From an uncultured Rickettsiales bacterium (GTDB taxonomy: Bacteria; Myxococcota_A; UBA796; UBA9615), in contig CAZBDA010000010.1 in the NCBI GenBank assembly GCA_964490445.1, forward strand, positions 7,830 through 71,829: 64,000 bases of DNA, written 5' to 3'. The position numbers and the translations under genes are program-made. Of this stretch, positions 1 to 7,400 are shown piece after piece. The stretch's first letter is position 1, and the number at the start of each line of letters is the position of its first letter. The notes under the pieces are model-generated. The model did not search any database and was not told the origin of the DNA. It worked only from the letters and a program-made list of their open reading frames with translations.

Positions 1-1431
1 GGTGCTGCGGCGGCCTGGAAGCTGAGCCAGAAAGGCCTGCGGGTCATCTGCCTCGAAGTCGGCGGTCACTTCACGGAGAAGGACTTCAGCCAGGACCTCG
101 GTGTCGCCAGTCGGCAACTGTATGTCGAGGATGGCCAGCGTCTGATGACTGGCAACCTGTTCATCCCGGTGGCGGGAGGGGAGTGCCTGGGCGGTTCCAC
201 GGTGGTGAACTCCGGGATCTGCTTTCGCATCCCGCGCTGGCGATTCGAGGAGTGGCGCGACCAGTGGGGCCTGGACTTTGCGTACGACGACTTGTTGCCC
301 TACCTGGTGAAGACCGAGGAAATCATCAAGGTCACCGACTCCAGCGCTGCAGTCTACGGTGGCAACAACGCGGCCTGCATCCAGGGGCTGGAACAACTGG
401 GTTGGTCTGGCGGGCCGATGCCGCGCAATGCGCCGGCCTGTGTTGGCTGCGGCGCCTGCAATACCGGCTGTCCTACTGGTGCCAAGTTGTCGGTGGCGCG
501 CACCTTCATTCCCGAGTCCCTGGAGATGGGTGCCCGGTTCATTACCGGAGCGCGGGCCGAGCGGGCCTACCTCTCGGGCACTCGGATCACCGGGGTGCAG
601 GCAACCTTGCTCGATCCCGCGACTGCCGAGCCTATCGGCAGCCTGCGGGTCAATGCGAAGGCCGTGGTCCTGGCGGCCAGCGCCATCCAGAGTCCCGGCT
701 TTCTGCTCTACAACGAACTGGGCAATGAGCATGTCGGGCAACATCTGAAGGTGCACCCAGCCAGCGGTACCATCGGCGTGAGCGACCGCGAGATCAGGGG
801 CTGGCAGGGCATCCCCCAGGGCTTCTATTGCGATGAGTTTCTGCGTGAAGAGCGCATGATGTTGGAGAGTTGGTGGGCGACTCCCGAGGTGTTCTTCGTC
901 AACTTCCCCTTCGGAGAGGAGGGGGCTCGCAGGATGATGAACTATTCGCGCATGACCGCGCTGGGCGGCATGATTGCCGACATCAGCGAGGGCACGATCC
1001 AGCCCCGCGGTCTGCCGGGCAAGGTGCGCATCAACTACGACCTGGTCGATGCCGATCGTATTCGCCTTCTCAAGGTCATCGAGCGTGCCGCCGAGTTGCT
1101 CTTTGCTGCAGGCATGGATGAGGTCTACGCGGGCGTCCGGGCGATGCCACCCTTGCAGTCGGTAGAGCAGGCGCGCGAGTTGCTGTCACCGGACCGAATC
1201 AAGGCGAAGCAGCTGATGTCCATTTACTCGAGCCACCCGCAAGGTTCGGTGCGCATGGGCGGTGATTCCAAGCGTTCGGCTGTGGACTGCAGCGGTGCCC
1301 TGTACGGCCACGATGGCCTGTACGTGATGGATGGTTCCATCTTCCCTGACGTCCTGGGTGTGAATCCCCAGGTAACGATTATGTCCCTGAGTATGATGCT
1401 CGCCGATCGACTGGCAGACCGCCTCTCGTAG
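1..1431 (+). CDS. GMC-family FAD-dependent oxidoreductase, 5'-truncated at window edge (frame 1 is open from nt 1; gene begins upstream)
   Basis: Frame-1 translation is open from position 1 (GAAWKLSQKGLRVICLEVGG...) and continues into the 428-aa ORF ending at 1431. GMC-like segments GGSTVVNSGICFR, ACVGCGACNTGCPTGAK and a C-terminal HPQGSVRMGG...YVMDGSIFP block are present. The N-terminal Rossmann/FAD region is outside the window. Confidence 0.6.
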   Translation, partial: GAAAAWKLSQKGLRVICLEVGGHFTEKDFSQDLGVASRQLYVEDGQRLMTGNLFIPVAGGECLGGSTVVNSGICFRIPRWRFEEWRDQWGLDFAYDDLLPYLVKTEEIIKVTDSSAAVYGGNNAACIQGLEQLGWSGGPMPRNAPACVGCGACNTGCPTGAKLSVARTFIPESLEMGARFITGARAERAYLSGTRITGVQATLLDPATAEPIGSLRVNAKAVVLAASAIQSPGFLLYNELGNEHVGQHLKVHPASGTIGVSDREIRGWQGIPQGFYCDEFLREERMMLESWWATPEVFFVNFPFGEEGARRMMNYSRMTALGGMIADISEGTIQPRGLPGKVRINYDLVDADRIRLLKVIERAAELLFAAGMDEVYAGVRAMPPLQSVEQARELLSPDRIKAKQLMSIYSSHPQGSVRMGGDSKRSAVDCSGALYGHDGLYVMDGSIFPDVLGVNPQVTIMSLSMMLADRLADRLS

Positions 1432-1447
1432 CGCTCCTGGGAGTCTC

Positions 1448-3007
1448 ATGACGACAGCCCCGCCCCTGATCGAGGATGGCTGCATCCGCGCCATCAATCC
1501 GCGTACTCTCGAAGTACTCGACAGCTTCCCGATGGCTCCCGTGGACTCGCTGCCAGCCGTCGTCGGTCGCTGCCGAGAGGCCCAGGCTCTCTGGGCGGCG
1601 CTGCCGGTGAAGCAGCGTGCCTCGGTGCTCAAGGGGGTGCTGAGCCGCACCGTCGAGCGCGCAGACATGCTCGCGGACGTAGTTCGACGCGATCACGGCA
1701 AGTCGACTGCCGAGGCCTACTTTTCCGAGGTGCTCGGCGTCGCTGAGGTGCTTCGCACCCATCTCAAGTACGACCGACGCTGGTTGAAGTCCTCTCGGGT
1801 CTCCCTGGATCCGCTCAGCTATCCAGGCAAGAGCGCCCGGGTCGAGTGGCGGCCGCGAGGCCTTGTTGGAGTCATTACGCCCTGGAACTACCCGCTGGCT
1901 CTGCCGATGCGCACCATCGTGCCGGCACTGGTTGCCGGCAACGGAGTTCTGTTCAAGCCGTCCGAACACAGCCTGTTATGCGGCCGAGAAATTGCTGGCC
2001 TGTTCGAGGGACTGGTGCCGGACGGTTTGCTGCAACTGTTGGTGGGAGACGGTGCCCTCGGAGCGGCGTTGGCCTCCTCGGCGCAAGTCGATGCCATCGT
2101 GTTTACCGGCTCCGTCGCCACCGGTCGTAGGGTCGCTGCAGCCGCGGCGCAGAATCTCGTGCCGGTCTCTTTGGAACTGGGTGGGAAGGACGCGGCCATC
2201 GTCTGCGCTGACGCAGATCTTGATCGGGCTGCCTCTGGGATTGTATGGGGTGCCTTCCACAACAGCGGTCAGAACTGCGCCGCCATCGAACGTCTGTACG
2301 TCGAGGACGTGGTCTACGATGAATTCCTCGACAAGCTGGTCGCCGAGACCCGCGCCTTGCGCACCGAGGGCGACCCGCACCTGTGCGAAGTGGGCCCTCT
2401 GTGCAACCAGAGCCAGTTCGACCTGGTCAATCGTCACCTGGAGGACGCGCTCGCACGCGGTGGCCGAGTTCTGTGTGGCGGCAGTTCGGGCGGTGCGGGA
2501 TGGGGGATTGAGCCGACCATCCTGGTCGACGTCCCCGACGACTCGCTGATCTGGAACCAGGAGACCTTCGGGCCCTTGCTGCCGGTGGCGCGGATACACT
2601 CGGTGTACGAGGCCGTAGAGGCCTGCAATGCCTCTCCTTTTGGGCTGAGCGCATCCGTGTGGGGTCGGGACTGCGGCCGTGCCGAGGCCGTCGCTCGCAG
2701 TTGTGAGGTTGGCATGTCCATGGTGAATAACCACAGCTTCATGGGCTCGGTTCCCAACTCGCCTTGGGTCGGCACTGGCGACAGTGGCTACGGAGTGACC
2801 GGCTCGGAGTTGGCCATGAAGTTCCTGGCGCGGCCGCAACTGGTCGTCGTGGATAAGAGCAAGGTCAAGGACATCTGGTGGTACCCGCTCAACGAGACGG
2901 CCCTGGCCATGGCGCGCACTGTGGTGCAGACGCTCGTGGCACCACTGGGTCGACGGCTATCTCTTACACTGCGCTTGTTGGGGCTGTTGGCGAAGCGCTG
3001 GGGCTAA
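1448..3007 (+). CDS. NAD(P)-dependent aldehyde dehydrogenase family protein
   Basis: 519-aa ORF with GGGAG 8 nt upstream of the ATG. Classic ALDH motifs: ITPWNYPLALP, VLFKPSEHS, FTGSVATGRRV, ELGGKDAAIV, NSGQNCAAIERLYV. Lies 16 nt after the GMC oxidoreductase. Confidence 0.85.
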   Translation: MTTAPPLIEDGCIRAINPRTLEVLDSFPMAPVDSLPAVVGRCREAQALWAALPVKQRASVLKGVLSRTVERADMLADVVRRDHGKSTAEAYFSEVLGVAEVLRTHLKYDRRWLKSSRVSLDPLSYPGKSARVEWRPRGLVGVITPWNYPLALPMRTIVPALVAGNGVLFKPSEHSLLCGREIAGLFEGLVPDGLLQLLVGDGALGAALASSAQVDAIVFTGSVATGRRVAAAAAQNLVPVSLELGGKDAAIVCADADLDRAASGIVWGAFHNSGQNCAAIERLYVEDVVYDEFLDKLVAETRALRTEGDPHLCEVGPLCNQSQFDLVNRHLEDALARGGRVLCGGSSGGAGWGIEPTILVDVPDDSLIWNQETFGPLLPVARIHSVYEAVEACNASPFGLSASVWGRDCGRAEAVARSCEVGMSMVNNHSFMGSVPNSPWVGTGDSGYGVTGSELAMKFLARPQLVVVDKSKVKDIWWYPLNETALAMARTVVQTLVAPLGRRLSLTLRLLGLLAKRWG

Positions 3008-3013
3008 GCCCGC

Positions 3014-3883
3014 TCAGTTCACGGTGAACTTTTCGGTGTGAATCACCTTGCCGTTGGGTGCCAGCACCTCGACCCGCCAGCTGCCCTTGCCGAAGGCTGG
3101 AACCACCGACCATGTGCGCCAGTGTGGTGACTTGACGGACAGCTTGATCGAAGCGATGACCTCTTCGCCGCGGTACCACTTGTGACGTACGTGAGTCGCA
3201 TGCCCATCGGGGTTGAGAATGGTGCTGAAAAGGTAGATCCGGGTGCCATCAGCGAAGGTGTCTGAGACGCCGATTGGCTTGCGGTTCTCGATCTTGGTGG
3301 CGAGCGCTGCAGGGCCGACGCTCAGGTTGTTGGTCTTTTCGACGGCGGGTGCTGCTGATGTCGGCTTTGGCTTGGCGGCAGGGGCTGTCGGCTTAGCCGC
3401 GGGGCTGGGCGAGGCGGGAGTGGACGAGCTCGTCGCGGGCGCTGCAGCTGCGCCAGTGGCTGCGGGCGCAGGCACTTTCGGCGGAGCCGCCGGTGTTGGC
3501 TTCGGTGCTGCCGTGGGAGGGGTGTACTCTGCGACCAGTTGATCATTGGCAGCGGTAGGACCGTCTGCGGCCGGTTCGATCGCTGCAGGCACCGGGGTGG
3601 TACTTTCTACTGCTTGCGGAGTAGCGGCTTCGGGGCTCTCGGGCTGCTGTTTCTTGATGATGTTGGAGACGCTGCCTGGACGCACCCACACTTCGCCCGG
3701 GTTGATTGGTTCCTGGGGGAAGGAGGCGAGCAGGTGGTTCGCGTCAGCTCCTTCTATGGGCGGCGGCGTGGGGGGCTCATCCTGGGCGAACTGCAGGTCG
3801 TTCGGATCGACCGAGTCGTCGCCGCAAGCAGCCAGCAGTGCAGATGCGAGGAGCAGAGTTTGAAAAGCGTGGCGTAACAGCAC
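3014..3883 (-). CDS. Lipoprotein with Pro/Ala-rich linker and C-terminal DUF2914-like domain
   Basis: Signal peptide plus lipobox (LLASALLAAC). Long PTPAAPPKVPAPAA low-complexity linker. C-terminus HVRHKWYRGEEV...SPHWRTWSVVPAFGKGSWRVEVLAPNGKVIHTEKFTV matches the DUF2914 H-x-W...WRTWS...W-V-V pattern from memory. Confidence 0.65.
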   Translation of the reverse strand: MLLRHAFQTLLLASALLAACGDDSVDPNDLQFAQDEPPTPPPIEGADANHLLASFPQEPINPGEVWVRPGSVSNIIKKQQPESPEAATPQAVESTTPVPAAIEPAADGPTAANDQLVAEYTPPTAAPKPTPAAPPKVPAPAATGAAAAPATSSSTPASPSPAAKPTAPAAKPKPTSAAPAVEKTNNLSVGPAALATKIENRKPIGVSDTFADGTRIYLFSTILNPDGHATHVRHKWYRGEEVIASIKLSVKSPHWRTWSVVPAFGKGSWRVEVLAPNGKVIHTEKFTVN

Positions 3884-4024
3884 TAAGAGGTAGCCCTTCC
3901 CACTGGCGGCCTGGGTCCTTTGTTCGTTACAGGATCGGGTTGACCGGTTCTGCAGTCGGCGGCTAGTTTGCCACGCCGACCGGAGCGGGGCACTGCTTGT
4001 CTCGCCTTCGGCGTGGAGATAGCC

Positions 4025-5029
4025 ATGTCATACGACGTTTTCGGTCTCGGAAATGCGCTGGTGGATGCACTGGTGGTAACGGATGATCTCGACCTTGTGC
4101 GGCGCCACGGACTGCAACGGGGCACGATGCATCTCGTGAATGACGAGCGCTGGCGAGCGGTCTACGGCGAGGTCCCCACCGCGGAGGTGCAATTGCATCC
4201 CGGCGGCTCCGGCGCCAATTCTGTGTCCACCGTGGCCCTGCTCGGTGGCAAGAGCACCTTTTGCGGGCTGGTGGGCTCCGACAAGCTCGGTAAGACCTAT
4301 GCCGATCGCCTGGCCCAGATCATGGGTACCCACCACCTGCGCAGCCGCGACGACATCGCGACGGGCAAGTGTCTGAGCATCATCTCCAGTGAGGATGCCG
4401 AGCGCACCATGCTGACGGACCTGGGCGGCGCCATGGAGTTGGGCCCACAGGAACTGCCGGTGGACGCTGTGGAGAAATCGACCTGGCTGCATCTCACCGG
4501 CTACCTGTTTACTGGCGGTCAAATGGGTGAGGCAGCGATGCTGGCACTGGACCGCGCGCTCCGCACCGGCACCCGAATCTCGTTCGATGTCGCCGATGCC
4601 TTCGTGATTCAGCACTTTCGCGACACCGTCGAGAAGGTGATTCGCGACTACGCCGATGTCGTGTTCATGAACGAAGAGGAGGCCAAGCTGCTGGCCGGAA
4701 CCGACGCCGCGGATGCGGTCCACAAGGTCGGAGAATGGGTCAATACAGCGGTCGTCAAGCTCGGCAAGCGAGGCAGCATCATCAAGAAGGGCGAGACCAT
4801 CATCCCCATCGAGGCCGTGAGTGTCCCCACCATTGACACCACGGGTGCCGGAGATGCCTATGCCGGTGGCTTCCTGTATGGACTGGCTCGTGGCTGGCAA
4901 CTCGAGGCCTGTGGACGCCTGGCATCTGCAGTGGCAGGCCTTACCGTGGCCCAGGTCGGAGGGGTTGTGCGCGACCAGGAACTGCTCTGCGAGGTACTCG
5001 CCAGTGTAAAGGCTGCGCCCGCCAGCTGA
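4025..5029 (+). CDS. PfkB-family carbohydrate/nucleoside kinase (adenosine kinase-like)
   Basis: MSYDVFGLGNALVD N-terminus, GGSGANSV, C-terminal DTTGAGDAYAGGFLYGL anion-hole motif. The table ORF starts 57 nt upstream (3968), but the family N-terminus fits the ATG at 4025. Confidence 0.75.
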   Translation: MSYDVFGLGNALVDALVVTDDLDLVRRHGLQRGTMHLVNDERWRAVYGEVPTAEVQLHPGGSGANSVSTVALLGGKSTFCGLVGSDKLGKTYADRLAQIMGTHHLRSRDDIATGKCLSIISSEDAERTMLTDLGGAMELGPQELPVDAVEKSTWLHLTGYLFTGGQMGEAAMLALDRALRTGTRISFDVADAFVIQHFRDTVEKVIRDYADVVFMNEEEAKLLAGTDAADAVHKVGEWVNTAVVKLGKRGSIIKKGETIIPIEAVSVPTIDTTGAGDAYAGGFLYGLARGWQLEACGRLASAVAGLTVAQVGGVVRDQELLCEVLASVKAAPAS

Positions 5030-5179
5030 TTGCCAGTCCCCTGGTTTCGTCGGCAGCAGGTAGGGCTTCCCAGGCGCGGCTCTGCTGGGCTTGGGCGCCG
5101 GTCATGACAGCCTGAAGCAGAAGCACAGTGGTTGGCCGCACAAGCACGGAAAGCGGCTCGCTGCAAAGGCCCCCAAGTA

Positions 5180-5211
5180 GAAACGGTCGGCCCCGTCGGG
5201 CCGACCGTTTC
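5180..5211 (-). terminator. Stem-loop GAAACGGTCGGCC-ccgtc-GGGCCGACCGTTTC (13-bp perfect stem) after mini-lipoprotein A
   Basis: Perfect inverted repeat about 40 nt past the stop, in the convergent gap with the PfkB gene. No clear U-tract. Confidence 0.5.
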
Positions 5212-5250
5212 GAAGTGGTTTCGCAGGCGAACCTGCGAGACGAGACTGCT

Positions 5251-5373
5251 TTACTCAGCGCTGTCGTCGTCGTCGCCGACAGAGGAGTCGTCGTCATCAC
5301 CGCCACAGGCGATCATGGTTACGGTAGTAGCAGCGAACATCAGTCCCAGCAAAATTGCGAGCATCTTCTTCAT
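5251..5373 (-). CDS. Mini acidic lipoprotein, 40 aa (copy A): MKKMLAILLGLMFAATTVTMIACGGDDDDSSVGDDDDSAE
   Basis: Below the 60-aa ORF-table cutoff; found by hand. GGAGA 7 nt upstream of the ATG. Signal peptide ends in a lipobox-like TMIAC. Mature part is about 17 aa of Gly/Asp. Paralogue of 7062..7190, followed by the same two 3' hairpins. Confidence 0.5.
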   Translation of the reverse strand: MKKMLAILLGLMFAATTVTMIACGGDDDDSSVGDDDDSAE

Positions 5374-5399
5374 GACAAATTCTCCTTGCGCAAGTTAAG

Positions 5400-5418
5400 G
5401 GGACCACAGATCGGTCCC
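5400..5418 (-). terminator. Hairpin GGGACC-acagatc-GGTCCC between HExxH gene stop and mini-lipoprotein A
   Basis: 6-bp GC stem inside the 112-nt gap (5374..5485). This is the most AT-rich spacer in the window. Confidence 0.3.
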
Positions 5419-5485
5419 ACCAGCCAAAACAAAGCAACCCCCGTGCCAGATCTCGAGAATTTTCTGGCAATTTTCAGAAAAGGGC

Positions 5486-6881
5486 TTAGCGCCAGCTGGC
5501 GAGCAGCGCGAGAAGCTTGTCGGGATCCTGGCTTCCAGGTGCAAGAATCGCATCAATGCGCTGCCCTCGACGGATCAGGGTGACCCGGGGGAGGCGCTCT
5601 CTGAGTAGCCTGGCGATGTGCCCTGCCTCTTCGGGATCCGACCACTGTGAGCACCAGACCACAATGAGAGAACCGGGCACGGCGCTGCCCGGTTTTGTTC
5701 CCCGGCGCGAGTAAACCGCGACACGATCGCCCTGCCACCCCCCCCCAAGGATGACATTTTTGTCGCGGTAGCTCGAGTCCCAAAGTCCGGCCGAAACGTC
5801 ACCAGCGGCTGGATCTCCGACCCCGGTAAAGACAACTCGGCTGAGTAGTCGGCCCAGGCTGCTGTGGTAAGTCAACTCAAAACCGGGCATGAAAGTGCCC
5901 GGTTTTGAGAAAGCGGCCTTGACTCCGCCTTGTTCCCAGAGTCGTGGGTCGATGACTTCGGCAGTGGTCCTCGGCGGTCTCTCGTACAGGTTCCTGCAGC
6001 CGGGGTCTTCAGGATGGTTGTCCCGGTAGCTGGCGATGAACGTGCTGCCAATGAGGTAGGGGAACAGCAATTGTGCCGCCAGTGCGGGCGGTGTTCCCCT
6101 GGGCAGCATCTGTGCGGCCAGGGAGCCATTGAGGCCGAGGTCGGAGAGTTGGCCTGCGTCGGGACCTCCCTCGCTCAAGACGCCACTACTCTCCAGCAGT
6201 TCGGCGATCTCGGGCGTTGACGCCAGTAGTTCGTCGAGGTTGACACCACCGCTACTCACCCGGTTCATCACGTCGTTGGCGTGACCCTCGAGGACAGCTT
6301 GTATGGCTGCGCCACGGTCCTCGTCCTCGGTGGCATCGGCAAGCCAGTCTTTGAGGTTCCAGACCTGGTCCTGCAAGGCGTGAACGAGCTCATGGCGGAC
6401 GACCGGTGCCTGGACCATGACAGGAATGTCGCGGACCAGAACCAGTGTTGCGGTGGCCGGGTCGTAGTAGCCCCCAGCCTGGCTGCCGTACAATTTCTCG
6501 ATCTCCGTGGCGAGGGACGCCTGCGGCTCGAGCAGCCCGAGGGCGCGCCACGCTGCCTCCATGGGCGCCAGGCGTGACGGGGGCAGTTGCTCGGCGATGG
6601 CTTTGCGGACGTGGGCGCGGGCCTCTGCTCTGCTGGCCAGTTGCGACCGGATGGCTCGCTTTGCTTTCATGCCGCTGAGCTTCTCCACGACCGGCAACTC
6701 CTGCTTTACCAGCGTGTCCGGGCTGAAGCTGCCAGCCGCGGGCTTCGAGAGACCCTGCAGCATGCGCATGAGTTCGTCGACGAGCTCGTCGGACTCCTGC
6801 TGAGCGTATGCCGGGGGTGCCCACAGCAGGAAAAGACACGAGACGGCGAGGAGCAATCGCTGAAGGCTGGCTGTGGGCACT
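5486..6881 (-). CDS. Secreted HExxH zinc-metallopeptidase-like protein (MA-clan-like)
   Basis: GTG at 6881 with GGAG upstream gives the signal peptide VPTASLQRLLLAVSCLFLLWAPPAYAQQ. The ATG at 6988 would add 35 non-signal residues. Motif YYDPATATLVLV...VVRHELVHALQDQ (HExxH) plus a downstream EGHAN acidic segment. C-terminal half has no recognised family. Confidence 0.55.
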
Positions 6882-7061
6882 GGCTGACTCCAGGGGAAGT
6901 GTAGCGTTCGGACGAAGGAGTTGTGCTGCGTGTCGTTCTGTATTAAAAACCCGGCGACGTTTTTTGGGGGGAGTCTTCCCCGGAGCACTTAGTATTGCTG
7001 CTGCTGACCTTGTCTCGCAGCTAAATCAGGGCCCCGCAAAGGCCCGGAATTGGAGTCAGAA

Positions 7062-7190
7062 ATGAAGAAGTCACTTGCTCTTCTCCTAGGATTGCTGTTT
7101 GCCGCTACGACGGTCACCATGGTCGCCTGTGGTGGCGATGATGACGACGACAGTGCCCATCACCACGACGACGACGACAGCGCCGAGTAA
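7062..7190 (+). CDS. Mini acidic lipoprotein, 42 aa (copy B): MKKSLALLLGLLFAATTVTMVACGGDDDDDSAHHHDDDDSAE
   Basis: GGAG 9 nt upstream. Same architecture as copy A with an extra HHH. Followed by a UUCG-tetraloop hairpin (7203..7220) and a terminator hairpin (7231..7258). Confidence 0.5.
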   Translation: MKKSLALLLGLLFAATTVTMVACGGDDDDDSAHHHDDDDSAE

Positions 7191-7230
7191 AGCAGTCGCG
7201 TCTCGCAGGTTCGCCTGCGAAACTATTTCG

Positions 7231-7258
7231 AGACGGCTGGCCCCAGGGTCAGCCGTCT
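7231..7258 (+). terminator. Stem-loop AGACGGCTG-gccccaggg-tCAGCCGTCT after mini-lipoprotein B
   Basis: 9-bp stem. Counterpart of the copy-A hairpin. Confidence 0.45.
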
Positions 7259-7400
7259 TCGCTTGGGTTCAGGAATCGAGCGAAGATAGATTTGCGCTCA
7301 GAGCTGGCCCGATCTATCTCGGGGGCACCCAAATTCACCTGATGAATGCCGCCCGCGCGTGCTAAGTTCAGCGCGATCCGCCCCTGAACTGGGACCTGCC

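Larger units (their letters stand above)
5180..5373 (-). repeat. Inverted duplicate unit A: mini-lipoprotein gene + conserved 3' region (UUCG hairpin 5221..5238, terminator hairpin 5180..5211)
   Basis: Paralogous to 7062..7258 in inverted orientation. Coding part diverged mostly at synonymous sites. The ~55-nt 3' region agcagtc(t/g)cgtctcgcaggttcgcctgcgaaac...gg(c/t)(c/t)ggcc is nearly identical. Confidence 0.65.
7062..7258 (+). repeat. Inverted duplicate unit B: mini-lipoprotein gene + conserved 3' region (UUCG hairpin 7203..7220, terminator hairpin 7231..7258)
   Basis: See unit A. Out-of-frame table ORFs 4941..5306(-) and 7099..7365(+) share ...SKAVSSRRFACET..., which flagged the nucleotide repeat. 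Confidence 0.65.

Noticed and set aside
1-3007. Calling the GMC oxidoreductase + ALDH pair a choline-to-betaine (betA/betB) pathway
   Set aside because: Family membership is clear, but substrate specificity cannot be read from these motifs. No betaine transporter or BetI regulator is adjacent.
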